Shown here piece by piece: positions 38,301-49,760 of a stretch of 64,000 nt of DNA. The DNA lies in the NCBI GenBank assembly GCA_013265495.1, contig MU058384.1:5824792-5888791 (forward strand), read 5' to 3'. The position numbers were made by a program, and so were the translations under genes. Each line of letters starts with the position of its first letter. Position 1 is the stretch's first letter. The DNA comes from Vicugna vicugna. Taxonomy: Eukaryota. A model generated the notes under the pieces. The model saw nothing but the letters and a program-made list of their open reading frames with translations. It did not search any database and was not told where the DNA came from.

Positions 38301-40860
38301 GGTAGAAATAGTATTCATTGGCAGCTGGATATATAAATATGTAATTCTGGAGACATTCAGGGTTAGGGCAAATTTGGGAGTAAGTGGTATTTAGGTTATG
38401 GAACCAGATGAGATCATCTCATCAGAGAGTAGAGAGAAGAGAATGAGGTCCAGGACCAAGCCCTAGATCGTGCCAACGTTTAGAGATCAGGCCGAGGAGA
38501 GTGAGCATCAAAACAACTGAAAAGGAGCCAACAGTGAGTGAGGCCGGAGAAGCGCCAGGAGAATACGGTATCACTGGAGCCGAGAGGAGTGCGGGAGGAA
38601 GGCGTGACTGGATGATGCTGAATGCTGCTCAGCGGCCGAGGACAAAGAGGGGGTGGCCATCAGTTGTCAGGTACGGTCTCAGAGGACTGAGATTTGAGGA
38701 GACAGAAGTTCATGAAGACATCAACTACAGTCCATGCTTTCGAGTTTTGCTGGGAAGGGGAGCCAACAGGAAGCTCATAACCTAGACTCTGTACCCATCA
38801 CTGCTCCTCTCACAAGCATCCCACTCACCCTCAGACCACTCTGCGTTGCAGCTCACTTTTTCAAACACCTGCACTTCAAACACACCAGGACGGGGAATCC
38901 ACTAAACAGCTATTACCCAGGTCCTTACTCCCTTTCTTGCCCTGCTTGGATTCCCTGCACCACCCTTCCCTTTACCCTGTCCTCTCTGCCTCCATCATCC
39001 AGGCAAACCTGAATTCTGATGAAGCCAATTCTTAGCTTGTTTTATCCCTGCATCCAAGGAACTACACATGGCTGGAGAAAACACTTAACTCAGCTGACAA
39101 GACTAGTTTTAAACTGACAAACATAAATCTCAAGTAGGTCTTCGGGAGTGTCTTGCAATCTACCATGTCCCTGGTGAGCTGATTTTCCTACCGTCCAAGC
39201 TGGTCAGCTCACACCCTGTTCTCTCTCCTCAAGGCTCCATCACTCTTTCCCACTGCCCCACTCTCTGATCTTGGTATTTTAGTTCACTGAGAAAACAAAG
39301 AGAAACAAATAGAGAGACCACCTCATCCTCCACGCCATCTACTAAACTGCCTACCTCTGAGCCCACCTTCTCTGCCTTGTTACAAAGGCCAGTTCTTCCA
39401 TTTGTCCTGAGTAGGTCATCGATGTCCCCCTTCTGTGGGACCATCAGCAACACACACACAGAGCTGCAGGATTTCCCAACCTGAACAAAATACCTCCCTA
39501 GATCTCTAATCTCCAACTCCCTCCGGGTGCCCACCAGCTCCCTGCGCCCACCGTTCAGTTCCAGGGTGCTCTGTGTTTGTTGTCCCCGTGTCCTCCCCTC
39601 CCATTCTTTCTAGACCTTGCTCCACTCAGGCATTCTTACTCCCCAGGCTCCCATGGCTTCTGCTGAGTCATCACACCTCAGGGGCAGTGCTTCTACTACG
39701 GGACTTCCCAGCAGCACGTGCCCAGTTCCTCATGCTCCCTATCTTTAAACTTTTTTTTTTTAACCTGTCTTCTGGAATATTATACTTTCCTGGTTTTCCT
39801 CCAGCCTCATTAGCCACTCCGTGGTCTCCTCTGCCTCCTCTCCCTTCCTCCCTTCCTTTGAATACACAGGGCACACCCTTAGATCGCTATCTACAGTCAC
39901 TTCTTAGATGTGTTCCCAGGGCTGAGAAGCCATAAAGTCATTCATGCCTCCCAAATGTACATCTCTAGGCTCTGACCTTTTACTTGGTTATCAAATTCCC
40001 AAATCTAACTGTCCACTTAACCTCTTCAGTTGGAATGTCCGACAGGTATCTCTAACTTAACATGACCTACACAAAACTCTTGATTCCCAGTCCCGTTGAC
40101 CTCCCCACCCCCAACCTACATTCCTCCACAAGGCTTTTGCTTAGGGTAACCGGGCAGGGGTGCTCCTCGGACCAGAAGCTTAGGGGTCACCCACATTATT
40201 CCTCCCACCCCCCGTCGACACTATCTGTAAGTCGTGTTAGCTCTGTTAACAAAACACATGACTATACATCCCACCAGCAGCGTTCCAAACCCAAGCCGCC
40301 GTCTCTCACCTGGATTCTACGAGCCTCTAAACCATCTTCCTTTCAACTCAGGGCTCGGTCCTGGACCTCACTCTCTTCTCTCTGCCTTCTCCAGTCTATC
40401 TTCATGCAGCAGTTAGATGGATCTTTTTAAAATGTCATTCCTCCAGCTCAAAACCCTATGGCTCCTACTACACTTCAGACAAAATTCAAGCTGCTTAACT
40501 GTGGCTGCTGCCCACCCCTCCAGCCTCCCCTCCTGCCTCCCCTCCGCCACGCACAGCTGCCCTGCTCTCGCCCCCACGCTAGGCTTCCCGACACAGTGCT
40601 GAGCTGCAGGTCTTCACACGGTTCCCTCATCTCTGATCAAATGTCACCTAATCTTCAGAGATGCCAGCAGTGTGGGACAGTCCCCTATCCCTCAAGTAAG
40701 TCTTTATCCCTTTCCCAGTTTCCTTTTCTCCTTAGCACTCCTGAAATTATATGCTTGTGTGCTTGTCTCCGCTTAAGTTCCTTGAAAGCAGGGGTCTTTA
40801 CTCATCCACAGCACCAGCCATAGCAGCAGGCATGTTGTGGCCACTCGGTGAATGGGTTAA
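35320..40860. mobile_element. Block of nested L2 fragments in both orientations (- ~35320-35800 and ~38150-38620; + ~36650-38150 and ~38900-40860)
   Basis: (CATT)n-type end with ACATTTACTGAG at 35320-35373; (TGAA)n tail at 38115-38150; CATCTCCAGC..CTCTCCTGAA, TCTCTAACTTAACATG L2 phrases. Confidence 0.7.
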
Positions 40861-41396
40861 ATTATAAGAAAAGATACCTGAAAAGGGAGAGAGAGGTTCC
40901 AAGGTGGTCTTTTAAAAAAATTAACATAAAATACTAGAGCATGTTATTATGCTGATGGGAATGATCCTGTAGACATGAATTCATTAATGCAGGAGCAAGG
41001 GGATAATGCAGAAGGCAGAATGTGTGTGCGCATGGGGGGGGGTGTACTGGGAGAGCTTGAAAAGAGAGAAAAAAATGAGAGGATCTGGGATGTTATCTCC
41101 ATCAGTTCTATGTAAGACTACCCTTGGAATCCTGGAATCCTTCCCTGCAGAAAGGAATGCCCTGATTATGTGCTGAGAAGACCTCCCACCTTGCACCTCT
41201 TTGCATGAGATTTGAGCAAAGGTCTGTTGATGCACTTTCATGACACATCAATGTTTTGCAATAAACACTGGTCTTTTTTTGCACAGCTAAAACATCAAAG
41301 CCCCAGAGTGATTAAAAAATAATAGCCTGCACATTTTTCCCCCCAAATACTGTAAACTAAGAATGACATTTTCATTAGTGCCTCTTTCTCTTTCAG

Positions 41397-41532
41397 GAAC
41401 TATGTGAAAAACAACATTTGTTTCATGAGTCATCACCAAGAGGAATTAGTGCCAAAACTGCTTCAAAAAAGAAAACCCCAAGAACAGTTCTCGGAGTCTA
41501 AAAAGCTGCGGGGCAGGAGACAACCAATGTAG
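41397..41532 (+). CDS. SLC2A12: GLUT12 exon 5, coding part (cytoplasmic C-tail; stop TAG at 41530-41532)
   Basis: Pyrimidine tract + CAG acceptor (AG at 41395-41396); reads (E)[44 protein letters not shown]. Absent from the ORF track because it is short. Confidence 0.95.
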
Positions 41533-44500
41533 CTTTCTCCGGAGACCTAGTGGTCTCAAAGCCTTACAGATGGTGATGCAGTGTAAGGACACTTACGAGT
41601 GTCTTCCCGCTGATACACGTTGGCCACTCCCATGTTTTCTCTTCAGTTTCAGGGGAGCTAGTTTTATAGAAACAATCTTTAATCTCTACACCCCAAAAGC
41701 AACCAGAAAAGGGAGATAAGGTACAAGGTTCCAAGTGATCTCTTTCCTACTCTGAGCAGAATACCAGGTTAAAAATAATACCAGCTGGTTCAGTATCTTC
41801 CAACTTTTTTTCAGAGCAGCCTTTGAAAGACTATGAACCAGTGATGCCATTACCTTTTACCGTAAGGCTTGTATGCCTCGAGGCCAGCTGTGGCTTTATC
41901 ATTCAGACACAGAAGTGGTCTGAACATAAGCTTATAGGTTTTGCCTATGAAGACACTACTTGCACTGGGTCTTGTGTCAAAAAGAACCAGGACACAGTGT
42001 GGACAATTGCACACATCTTCTGGGTTAGACAGGGTCCTGGTTAGGATTTTAGTGATAATTCCTAATAACAGTTCAACAACTATAGAGATTATACATCTTA
42101 TTTTATGAATTATGAACTACAATGTAATGCAAAATATCCTTTCATGAATTTGATGTTAGTATTATAAAGTATTAAAAGAAACGATTCTGTAGTAGTTGAA
42201 AAAAATAAACATTTTTCCATCCATTTTTTAAAAGAATATCAATAGTAAGAATTTCAAAATCATGGGGCCAGATTTATTTAGAAGTATCTGTAAGTTAAGA
42301 CATGAGAAAAGGAGTCAGGCCATTAGGATATTTATCCAAATCTGGAAGTAATTAGGTTTGAGTTATTAAGTCAAGCTTATAAAATTCTCTCTTTTGTAAG
42401 GCTTTCATGGTAACTCAACCGCAGTCCATAGTTTCCCACAACTCTTCACACTCCTCAGGAATATCACTACCTCAGGTTACGGCGTATGGGCAATAATTGA
42501 TGCTCACTTCCATACGACTGCAGACACAATGAGTGACATCCAGACGATTCCCTCACTGTGCTCTTCTCTATGACCAAACAGAGATCACCGAGTGTACCAG
42601 ATACTTGGGTTTCACCCACACCACAGTGTATTGCACTCTTCTGTATTTCTCCAGTTGAATTTTAAGACTTGGGGAGGCATTTTACCCACTGAATTTGGAT
42701 ACGATGATAGAAAATCTACAATAAAGAATCTTAAACCACTTATGCAGTGACCCATTAAACCACTAGTAATATAAGCTTTGGGAAACACAAAAAGTATTGA
42801 ACAACCTAATTCGAAAAAGAATACAGAAATGATTAACCTGAAGAAAAGAGAATCCCAAGAGTCAAAACTCCTTTTTATTAGACTGAAATTTTTCTATTGG
42901 CCCCGTAACCAACTGTCCCAGTTTGATATAAGGGTATATGATCTACTGCAGCCCCCTGTAATGAAGTGGTAAGACCACAATCTATGTGACCAATAGTAAA
43001 ACTGCATTATCAGAAACTCGGGAGAATGACTCAAAGACCTGGTTCTGAAACATAGTATCTAAATTAAAATTGGCAGTGGAAGTTATGAGGAAAGGAGATT
43101 TGCCATCTCCATTCTACACGGTGTGTTTCATACACCACTTAGAGCAAACGCTACTTTGTTCATTTGTTTTGGAAGGAGAAGGAAAAATGTGTTCTGTCGA
43201 GGATCAATTTAAATTTATTATGAACCTTCAGTGGAATTATATGCTGAGATTAAAAAAAAAATCAAGACAGGTAATCAATATGAATTTTCTTTTCTTTGCC
43301 AAGCATCACAGATTATAAGATATCTACCAAAACTGTTACATATTGGCTGTGAAGTTCAAATACTGTATATACTTCAGGTATTTCTTGGTTTAGCCCTGCA
43401 CTGCAAATGGGCAGGAAACTGTTTATAAACCTAGTAGGTTTATCACTAAGTGGTTTCAACTTCAGTATCTTCAACACTCATATTTTCCTTTTATTATCCA
43501 GAGCGTATAATGAAAACAATTCTGTCTTCAAACTAATTTTTACCCAGTACACCCCCAATTCGAGCTTACTGACTTTTAAAAATAAAAAAGGGGGAATACT
43601 GATAATTTGTATGTAGATATTCAGTTTTTATTTATAAAAAAAAATGTACAGCACTTGTGAAAAGCCAGAAGACACCAGACATGCTCACTTCTTACCAGCT
43701 CTGTCACGTGTAAGTAGGTCACCCACGGCGCCGTGCCAGGCCACGCCCCAGCAGCAGCCCCGAAACCAGGTCTGGTTTCAGACCTGATCAGATTGTCTTT
43801 CCTCCTCTTTCTGAGAAAGCATTTTGATGAGCTACTGACCTACCTATTTTCAAGTCACATGAATACTGAAAAATATATGACATCTGGATCTGCACCCTGG
43901 CTATACAATCGTGCTCTACCCCCTCTTCTATAGTTCTTCTCTTTTTTTCCTTTTTTTTTTCTTTTTTGTGAACATAGCAAAACAGGAGGTCACTTATTAA
44001 ATTCATTCAATGTAAGTGGAAAACCTCAAGGTTTGAAACTGTCTGCCCAGAACCTGTAACTCTCACTGAATTTTATTCTGTGTATTTTATGAGGTTGCCT
44101 ATCTTACTGGATCTTCAAATGAAGCAAATGAACACAAATGTAAAGAATGAGAAGTCTGAAAATCACAATCCAGTCCTCAAGAAAGAAAATATAAAAGTTA
44201 ACCTCTGCCCTCTCACTTATGAGAGAGTGAGAGGCAGGGCAAGGGAAGGCATTGGGAAGAAAGACAATAAACATGAACTAGTAGGTATTGTTCAGTGCAG
44301 TTTTCGAGATATGAGAAGAAGGTAAGGAAAATGTACTAGAGTATGGAGGTTAAGATGTTACAGTTTTTCACAAAGGTTTCAAAACATTTCGGAAGTTCAA
44401 GGTTTCACTGGAAGATTGTGTTGCAGTATGATCTCTAATAAGTTTTAACTGGGAAGCTAATTTGATCTCCACTCGGCTTTATTTCTAGGTAAGATCACTG

Positions 44501-45174
44501 TTAGTCATACTAAACTCCTGAACACAGATGGCAGAACGTGACTGCAGTATGAGCCTGAGTTACTCTTCCTGGGCTCACGGGTGAGCCGGAGAGCCACTGT
44601 TTCACAGATGCGTATTTATTAAAAGTTTAAGAGTAGCAATCCTGTGTACTGAGTAGTCACTTTTGAGCCTCATTAAATAAGACACAGCCAGGGGGAAGAC
44701 GTATCTTGCAAAATGGCTTTCAAATTCAAGTTGAACTGTATTATAATTACACTGTGGCACAGAGGCAGCTTTGGGGCACTTCTTGCTAAAGACAGCACAA
44801 TGTTTCAACTTCTGACAAGACTCTCAGTTTAGCCTTGAGTCCCAACCTAAGATGATTACTTTCCAACAAGTAGATTTGAGTTTTTCCATAGTAACAAAGG
44901 TACATCTGAGGTACAACCCGTCACAGCTTCTTTCTCATCTTCATCTTGTAGGTGAGAGGTTCCTCTTTTTAAAACTATAATTCTGCAACTTTTAAAAGAT
45001 AGTTAACATTTTCTATCATGTTAAAATAGCAACATAAAACATTATGTTTAATCTATAAAGCTCTACTCCGGTTCCCTAGAATTTATATACATGTTTTTAT
45101 TTCTAATCTGCAAGAAAAAAATTTCTATTTGATATTTGGTAACAGAGCATTAAAAGATACTATACACACGTCGC

Positions 45175-45220
45175 ATATATATATATATATTTACATTTAT
45201 ATATATATATATATATATAT
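45175..45220. repeat. Interrupted (TA)n microsatellite
   Basis: Read directly. Confidence 0.93.
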
Positions 45221-45331
45221 TTACAAAATACACTTCAAAAAGAAGCCAACACACTTCAGCAAAAGTCTAAGCTTGCATAGATTAAAAAAAAAGAATTATG
45301 AGTACAATTTTTGTTAAAATAGAAAATGGGG

Positions 45332-45337
45332 AATAAA
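45332..45337 (+). terminator. Candidate distal poly(A) signal of SLC2A12
   Basis: AATAAA followed ~25-50 nt later by U-rich sequence. Confidence 0.5.
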
Positions 45338-45376
45338 AGTTACAGAATGGATATGAAGAGAGATCTTTTCCAAACT

Positions 45377-45382
45377 TTTATT
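45377..45382 (-). terminator. Candidate poly(A) signal of TBPL1
   Basis: AATAAA on - strand ~435 nt after the stop codon, with U-rich sequence downstream on that strand. Confidence 0.7.
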
Positions 45383-45726
45383 TGTGCACATTCAATTGAA
45401 AAAGATAACTTTTACAGGTTCTTTGGTGCCCATATTCAGCATACAAAAATGTAAAAGACTATTCACAAATAAAACATTAGCTCAAACTGGAAAAAAATAA
45501 TGACAACAACACAACAATTTAAGGTAGTGCACACTGTGACAGCTCTGCTTACGGGGACATGAAAATTACTGCGAAAATAAATAGAATGTCCATTTGTAAA
45601 AGCAGCAATGTCATGTCTTGTAAACTTCCTTTTTATATTACAGCAAGGTTTGAAATAAGATCCAAAGAGACTGGAGCTTACACTGTAGCCGTGAATGAAT
45701 AAAAGAGTCTATTTCCTCAATTACTG

Positions 45727-45782
45727 TTGGTCCAGTTTTCCTTTTGTTTTGAGTCCAATGTGCAGCAGGTTTTCAAAGGTGC
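45727..45782 (-). promoter_or_regulatory. miR-133 (GGACCAA, 45727-45733) and miR-18 (GCACCTT, 45776-45782) 7mer-m8 seed matches in the TBPL1 3'UTR
   Basis: Seed complements read directly; function here is unproven. Confidence 0.4.
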
Positions 45783-45815
45783 TCAGTTAGGGATTCTAAC
45801 CAGTTAAGTGATGAA

Positions 45816-45895
45816 TTATAAAATTTCTTTCCTGCTTTCGAACACAAACGGGTAAATCTGCTCCACAGCAGTAGCAACAGCCTTTACATTGGGCC
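45816..45895 (-). CDS. TBPL1: TBP-like protein 1 (TRF2/TLF), last coding exon
   Basis: CAG acceptor; (G)PNVKAVATAVEQIYPFVFESRKEIL then TAA at 45818-45816. Confidence 0.97.
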
Positions 45896-47081
45896 CTGGA
45901 GCAAAAACACAGCAGAGGAAGGCTGGGGTGAGCAGAGGCAACAGAGAGCGCTGGATTCCCAGAATTACAGACACCCAGGGAGTTGAGAATGTCGGGTTAA
46001 GTGTCTTCTAAAAACAATCTACACTTACAGAATTACACACATAGAGTAAGAACCAAGAGAATAAGGGTTTTTTCTGGACAATTAACACAAAATGATGATA
46101 TTCATCTTGTTCTGGGCACCACTGAGAAGAAAGTATATAAAAACCCTCACAGATGCACACGGAGAATGCCAAGTGCTATCACAGGCGTATTAAAGAAAGG
46201 GATGACAAACGAGACTAGACAAGGCTTAGCCTCTTGCTTGCTGTCGTCTGGCGTTTGGGTAGGGTACGACTGAAGCTCAGGGATTACCAAGGATCCCAGC
46301 AGAGTTAGACAGAGCTGTTACCCAGGTGCTGAAAAACCTGGGGGCTGTTACAAACCGCATGGTCTAAACGTCCCCCCAAATTTACCCCTTCAGTATTCAT
46401 GTGTTTACTACTAATCTGAACATTCACCCTCACAGCTTACTCTGTCAATTAAAAAAAAAAAAAAGAACAAAGGAATGAGGTGATGCTATATATTAGTTAA
46501 TTCATATAATGCTTGGAATGACTTTAAAAAAATGTAATCTTTCATCCAGACAGCTAGAAAAAAACGTAAAAAAGGACAACGAAAAACATTCCCATAAAAT
46601 TTATTTTGAATAAAAATGTTTTTTTTCACTAAAGTACACTTACCTTTTAAAAGATCCTAAAAGTGTATATACGCAGCCACTGTGACCCCTTTGGAGGAAA
46701 TGACCACGTCTTACCCTGGTCCGCCCCTTCCTGACTCACCTCAGCCTGTCCACACAGTACAGGGCTGTGTCCACGAGAACCATTCAGTACACGTCTGCTG
46801 AATCGTTCACATTGCATAGGATATTCCAGATGCTACTGTCCAATGCATACTAACTGACCGGGTCAATGGTCTTCAGCTTGCTACTGCATTGTTTCATTAT
46901 TTACTAACTTAATATGTATTTTACATATGCATTATTTTATTCCACACTTAGGGAGTTATCAATAGATCTTGGGGACTTGGTGAAATCTGGGCTCCAAAGT
47001 GTGGAAGCAGCAAGTCAAAAGACAGAAATAAATAGACTTGTTCCCCACTCTATTTTTAAGATTCAGGCCATGACCCAGGCA

Positions 47082-47217
47082 AAAAGTCTCCAAGGAAGAT
47101 ATCAAAATCCATGAATGAATCAAAATTAAAGCTTTTTCACTGAAGGTTTAAAAGTCTCCAAGGAAGATATCAAAATCCATGAATGAATCAAAATTAAAGC
47201 TTTTTCACTGAAGGTTT
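47082..47217. repeat. Perfect 68-bp tandem duplication (2 copies)
   Basis: 47082-47149 is identical to 47150-47217. Confidence 0.97.
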
Positions 47218-47973
47218 ACAGGTGTTACTCAATCATTTTTAGTTTCCTCTAAGGATTGAAGGAATAAGAAGAAAATTCAAGGATACTAAAGGAATTTTCC
47301 TGAATTCAATTCTGCCAAAGGCTGGGTGGGACTTCCAAATTAACATCTCTGTACAATTTATAACCACAGTACCATTAAAAAAAATCACCCTGCATGCTAA
47401 CACTACCCTTTGACATCTATGCCTCGTCATCGGAAACCACCCCTTCCAAACAATTAAAAAGGCTCAAAAGATGTAACAAAAAACACATTAAACATAACAA
47501 ATAAGTACCGATTATATTCAAATACTTCACTTATGTGAAACCTCCATGAAGTTCATAGAATGGGTTTCTCTTGAGTACTTTAAAAGCAAGATGTCATCAA
47601 CTTAAAAATTACATATAAAAATATATACTAGAACATTCTTAATTTCAAACGTTTGGAATCTATCCAAATGCCCATGAACAATGTATTCACACACTGGGTA
47701 CTAAACAGCAATACAAGAGACTGATGTACAACTACACGGAACAGTACAGATGACTCTCAGCAAGATCATGATGAAGATACAGCAGACAGACACACAACAG
47801 TATTTAAAAGCAGGCAGAACTAATCTCCTGTGTTAAAAGTCAGGAGACTGGCTCCCTGAGAAGGGCAAGTGACTGAAGGGGACAAAGCAGACATTATTTT
47901 CTATTTTGGCCTGGACACCTCTTATCACACTCAATCCATAAGTGACAAGCTTGATGTCAATGTCATAAAATAC

Positions 47974-48068
47974 CTGTTACTGTGATACTTCCCGTTGAAA
48001 AAATCTGCAGTGTAGCTCTCAGAGATTTTATCCGGTAGCACACAGCAGGATGAAGTTCAGGTTCGTAA
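47974..48068 (-). CDS. TBPL1: TBPL1 coding exon 5 (95 bp)
   Basis: YEPELHPAVCYRIKSLRATLQIFSTGSITVT; AG/GT boundaries. Confidence 0.97.
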
Positions 48069-48161
48069 CTACACATAGAAAAGCCACAATTAATCTAAAT
48101 ACTTATAGCCTGACAAGTATTTTCAAAATTGGTAAGTTGTCTTGATTCTTCAAAGACCTAC

Positions 48162-48265
48162 CTGGCATGAGGTCTATTGTTCTTTGTGAACTCTGGCAAA
48201 CGGATTTCAAATGGCATGTTACACACGGCCAAAACATTAACAACCTTAAAATCTGTAAATATTAC
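48162..48265 (-). CDS. TBPL1: TBPL1 coding exon 4 (104 bp)
   Basis: VIFTDFKVVNVLAVCNMPFEIRLPEFTKNNRPHA; AG/GT boundaries; followed by a 93-bp intron. Confidence 0.97.
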
Positions 48266-49447
48266 CTTCAGGAGAGAAGTAAAACCAATGAATTACTTTG
48301 AGACAAAACAAACAATCTGCTCATCAGGGCAATCTTAATCATTAAATTTCAATCCTTAAAAATAAGAGCAAACAAGATAAAACAAACACTTAAAGCATGG
48401 ATTTAATATTTTAAGTTACCAGGGAATCCTTAATACTATAATTAAAAGGGTGTGAGGGGAAGGCTCAAAAACTTCATTAAAAAAAATGAAGTGTGAGATA
48501 ACTGCATGATTACAACAGTACATCTGGGGTCTTCTGAATCTTATATTTAATTTTTTAAATGGGATATTTAATCTACTGGGATAGGAAGGAGAACAGTGAA
48601 GAAAAGGTTAAAGCTGAGTCCTCCTTGAAGAGTCAAAATGGAAAAGTTGTCATTAAAACACAAAAAAATAGTGGACACTTAGCTCCAAAGGCCAGACTTT
48701 TTCTTATATGCAGTAAGGTAAAATGACATTTCTGTGTTCAGTCAGATGTTTGTTTCTTTGGGGAGACAGAACGAGGAACAGAGTGATAAGGTTTTTTTTT
48801 TTTTTTTAACTCATTGGGATTTCTCTCAACACTTCTAATGTTATGCTAAGAGAAAAGGCTCTAAGGCTAAAAATAATGTCCTCTCAATGTTAAACACTTC
48901 AGCCACTCCTACCAATATTTTAACGGTTTTATCTTGTTATCTTTTCAACTGTTCCCAGCAAAACTACACATCTGGATGAACTAAGCATCCTCCATCTCAG
49001 TACTGGCACAAGGCAGTGGGAGAAAGTCACAAAGCGTGTGAAGCGGCTGCACTGTCGATCACGGCTCTCTATGCTGCACTCGGCCACCACCAACACCCTG
49101 ACATCATCATCCTGACACTGCATTCTTATGAGTCAAAAACAGGCTGTTTTTTAAAATGAGAAGTGAAAAATGTAGAGTTGAAAAGGCAGTTCACTTGTAA
49201 GGAACAAGTCTCTCTCTCTATGGGAAAGGGATCTGGGAAAAAGCCAGGATCCTTTACAAACAGCCACAGGGGCAAGTTTTGCTACTAAATTTTTACGTTG
49301 AAGGACAGTATAATAAAACCCAGAAAAAGGTCAATCATAAGAGGACTTTCTGTGGGGATTTCTTTAGTCCATTAAATGAAAAGTATTAACTTTACAAAAA
49401 TAAATCACTGAATATTTGCAATTTGGATATTTTTTCGAAAATGTTAC

Positions 49448-49511
49448 CTGAAATCCTAGCTTCTGGAGACTGCGGGCTAAACGCCTGGCACCAAATTTAG
49501 CTTCTTCTTCA
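49448..49511 (-). CDS. TBPL1: TBPL1 coding exon 3 (64 bp)
   Basis: EEEAKFGARRLARSLQKLGFQ; AG/GT boundaries. Confidence 0.97.
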
Positions 49512-49677
49512 CTATGGTTTGAAAGAAAGAGAAAGGTTACCAGTTACCCAGGAAATAAATTTTATACTGAGGAACAAGGCACCCTGTACAAGTCATTTTG
49601 TTTTTAAGTCTAGAAAAATGTCCTTTCCATGAGGGGGAAATTAAAAAATTAAAATTAAAAATCCAAGTAACATTTAC

Positions 49678-49760
49678 CTTGTTGCTCCAGTGCAAATAAT
49701 TTTTCCTGAGGACCAAATTGTAGCTGTAATTCTAGGTTTTCTAAGCTTCATTAATACTTT
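49678..49760 (-). CDS. TBPL1: TBPL1 coding exon 2 (83 bp)
   Basis: KVLMKLRKPRITATIWSSGKIICTGAT; AG/GT boundaries. Confidence 0.97.

Larger units (their letters stand above)
41533..45360 (+). other. SLC2A12: Putative long SLC2A12 3'UTR (end uncertain)
   Basis: Repeat-poor, AT-rich stretch between the two stop codons; candidate AATAAA at 43581-43586 and 45332-45337, ATTAAA at 45149 and 45281. Confidence 0.6.

Noticed and set aside
48867..48877. MEF2-like CTAAAAATAA site
   Set aside because: Expected by chance in AT-rich intron; isolated.
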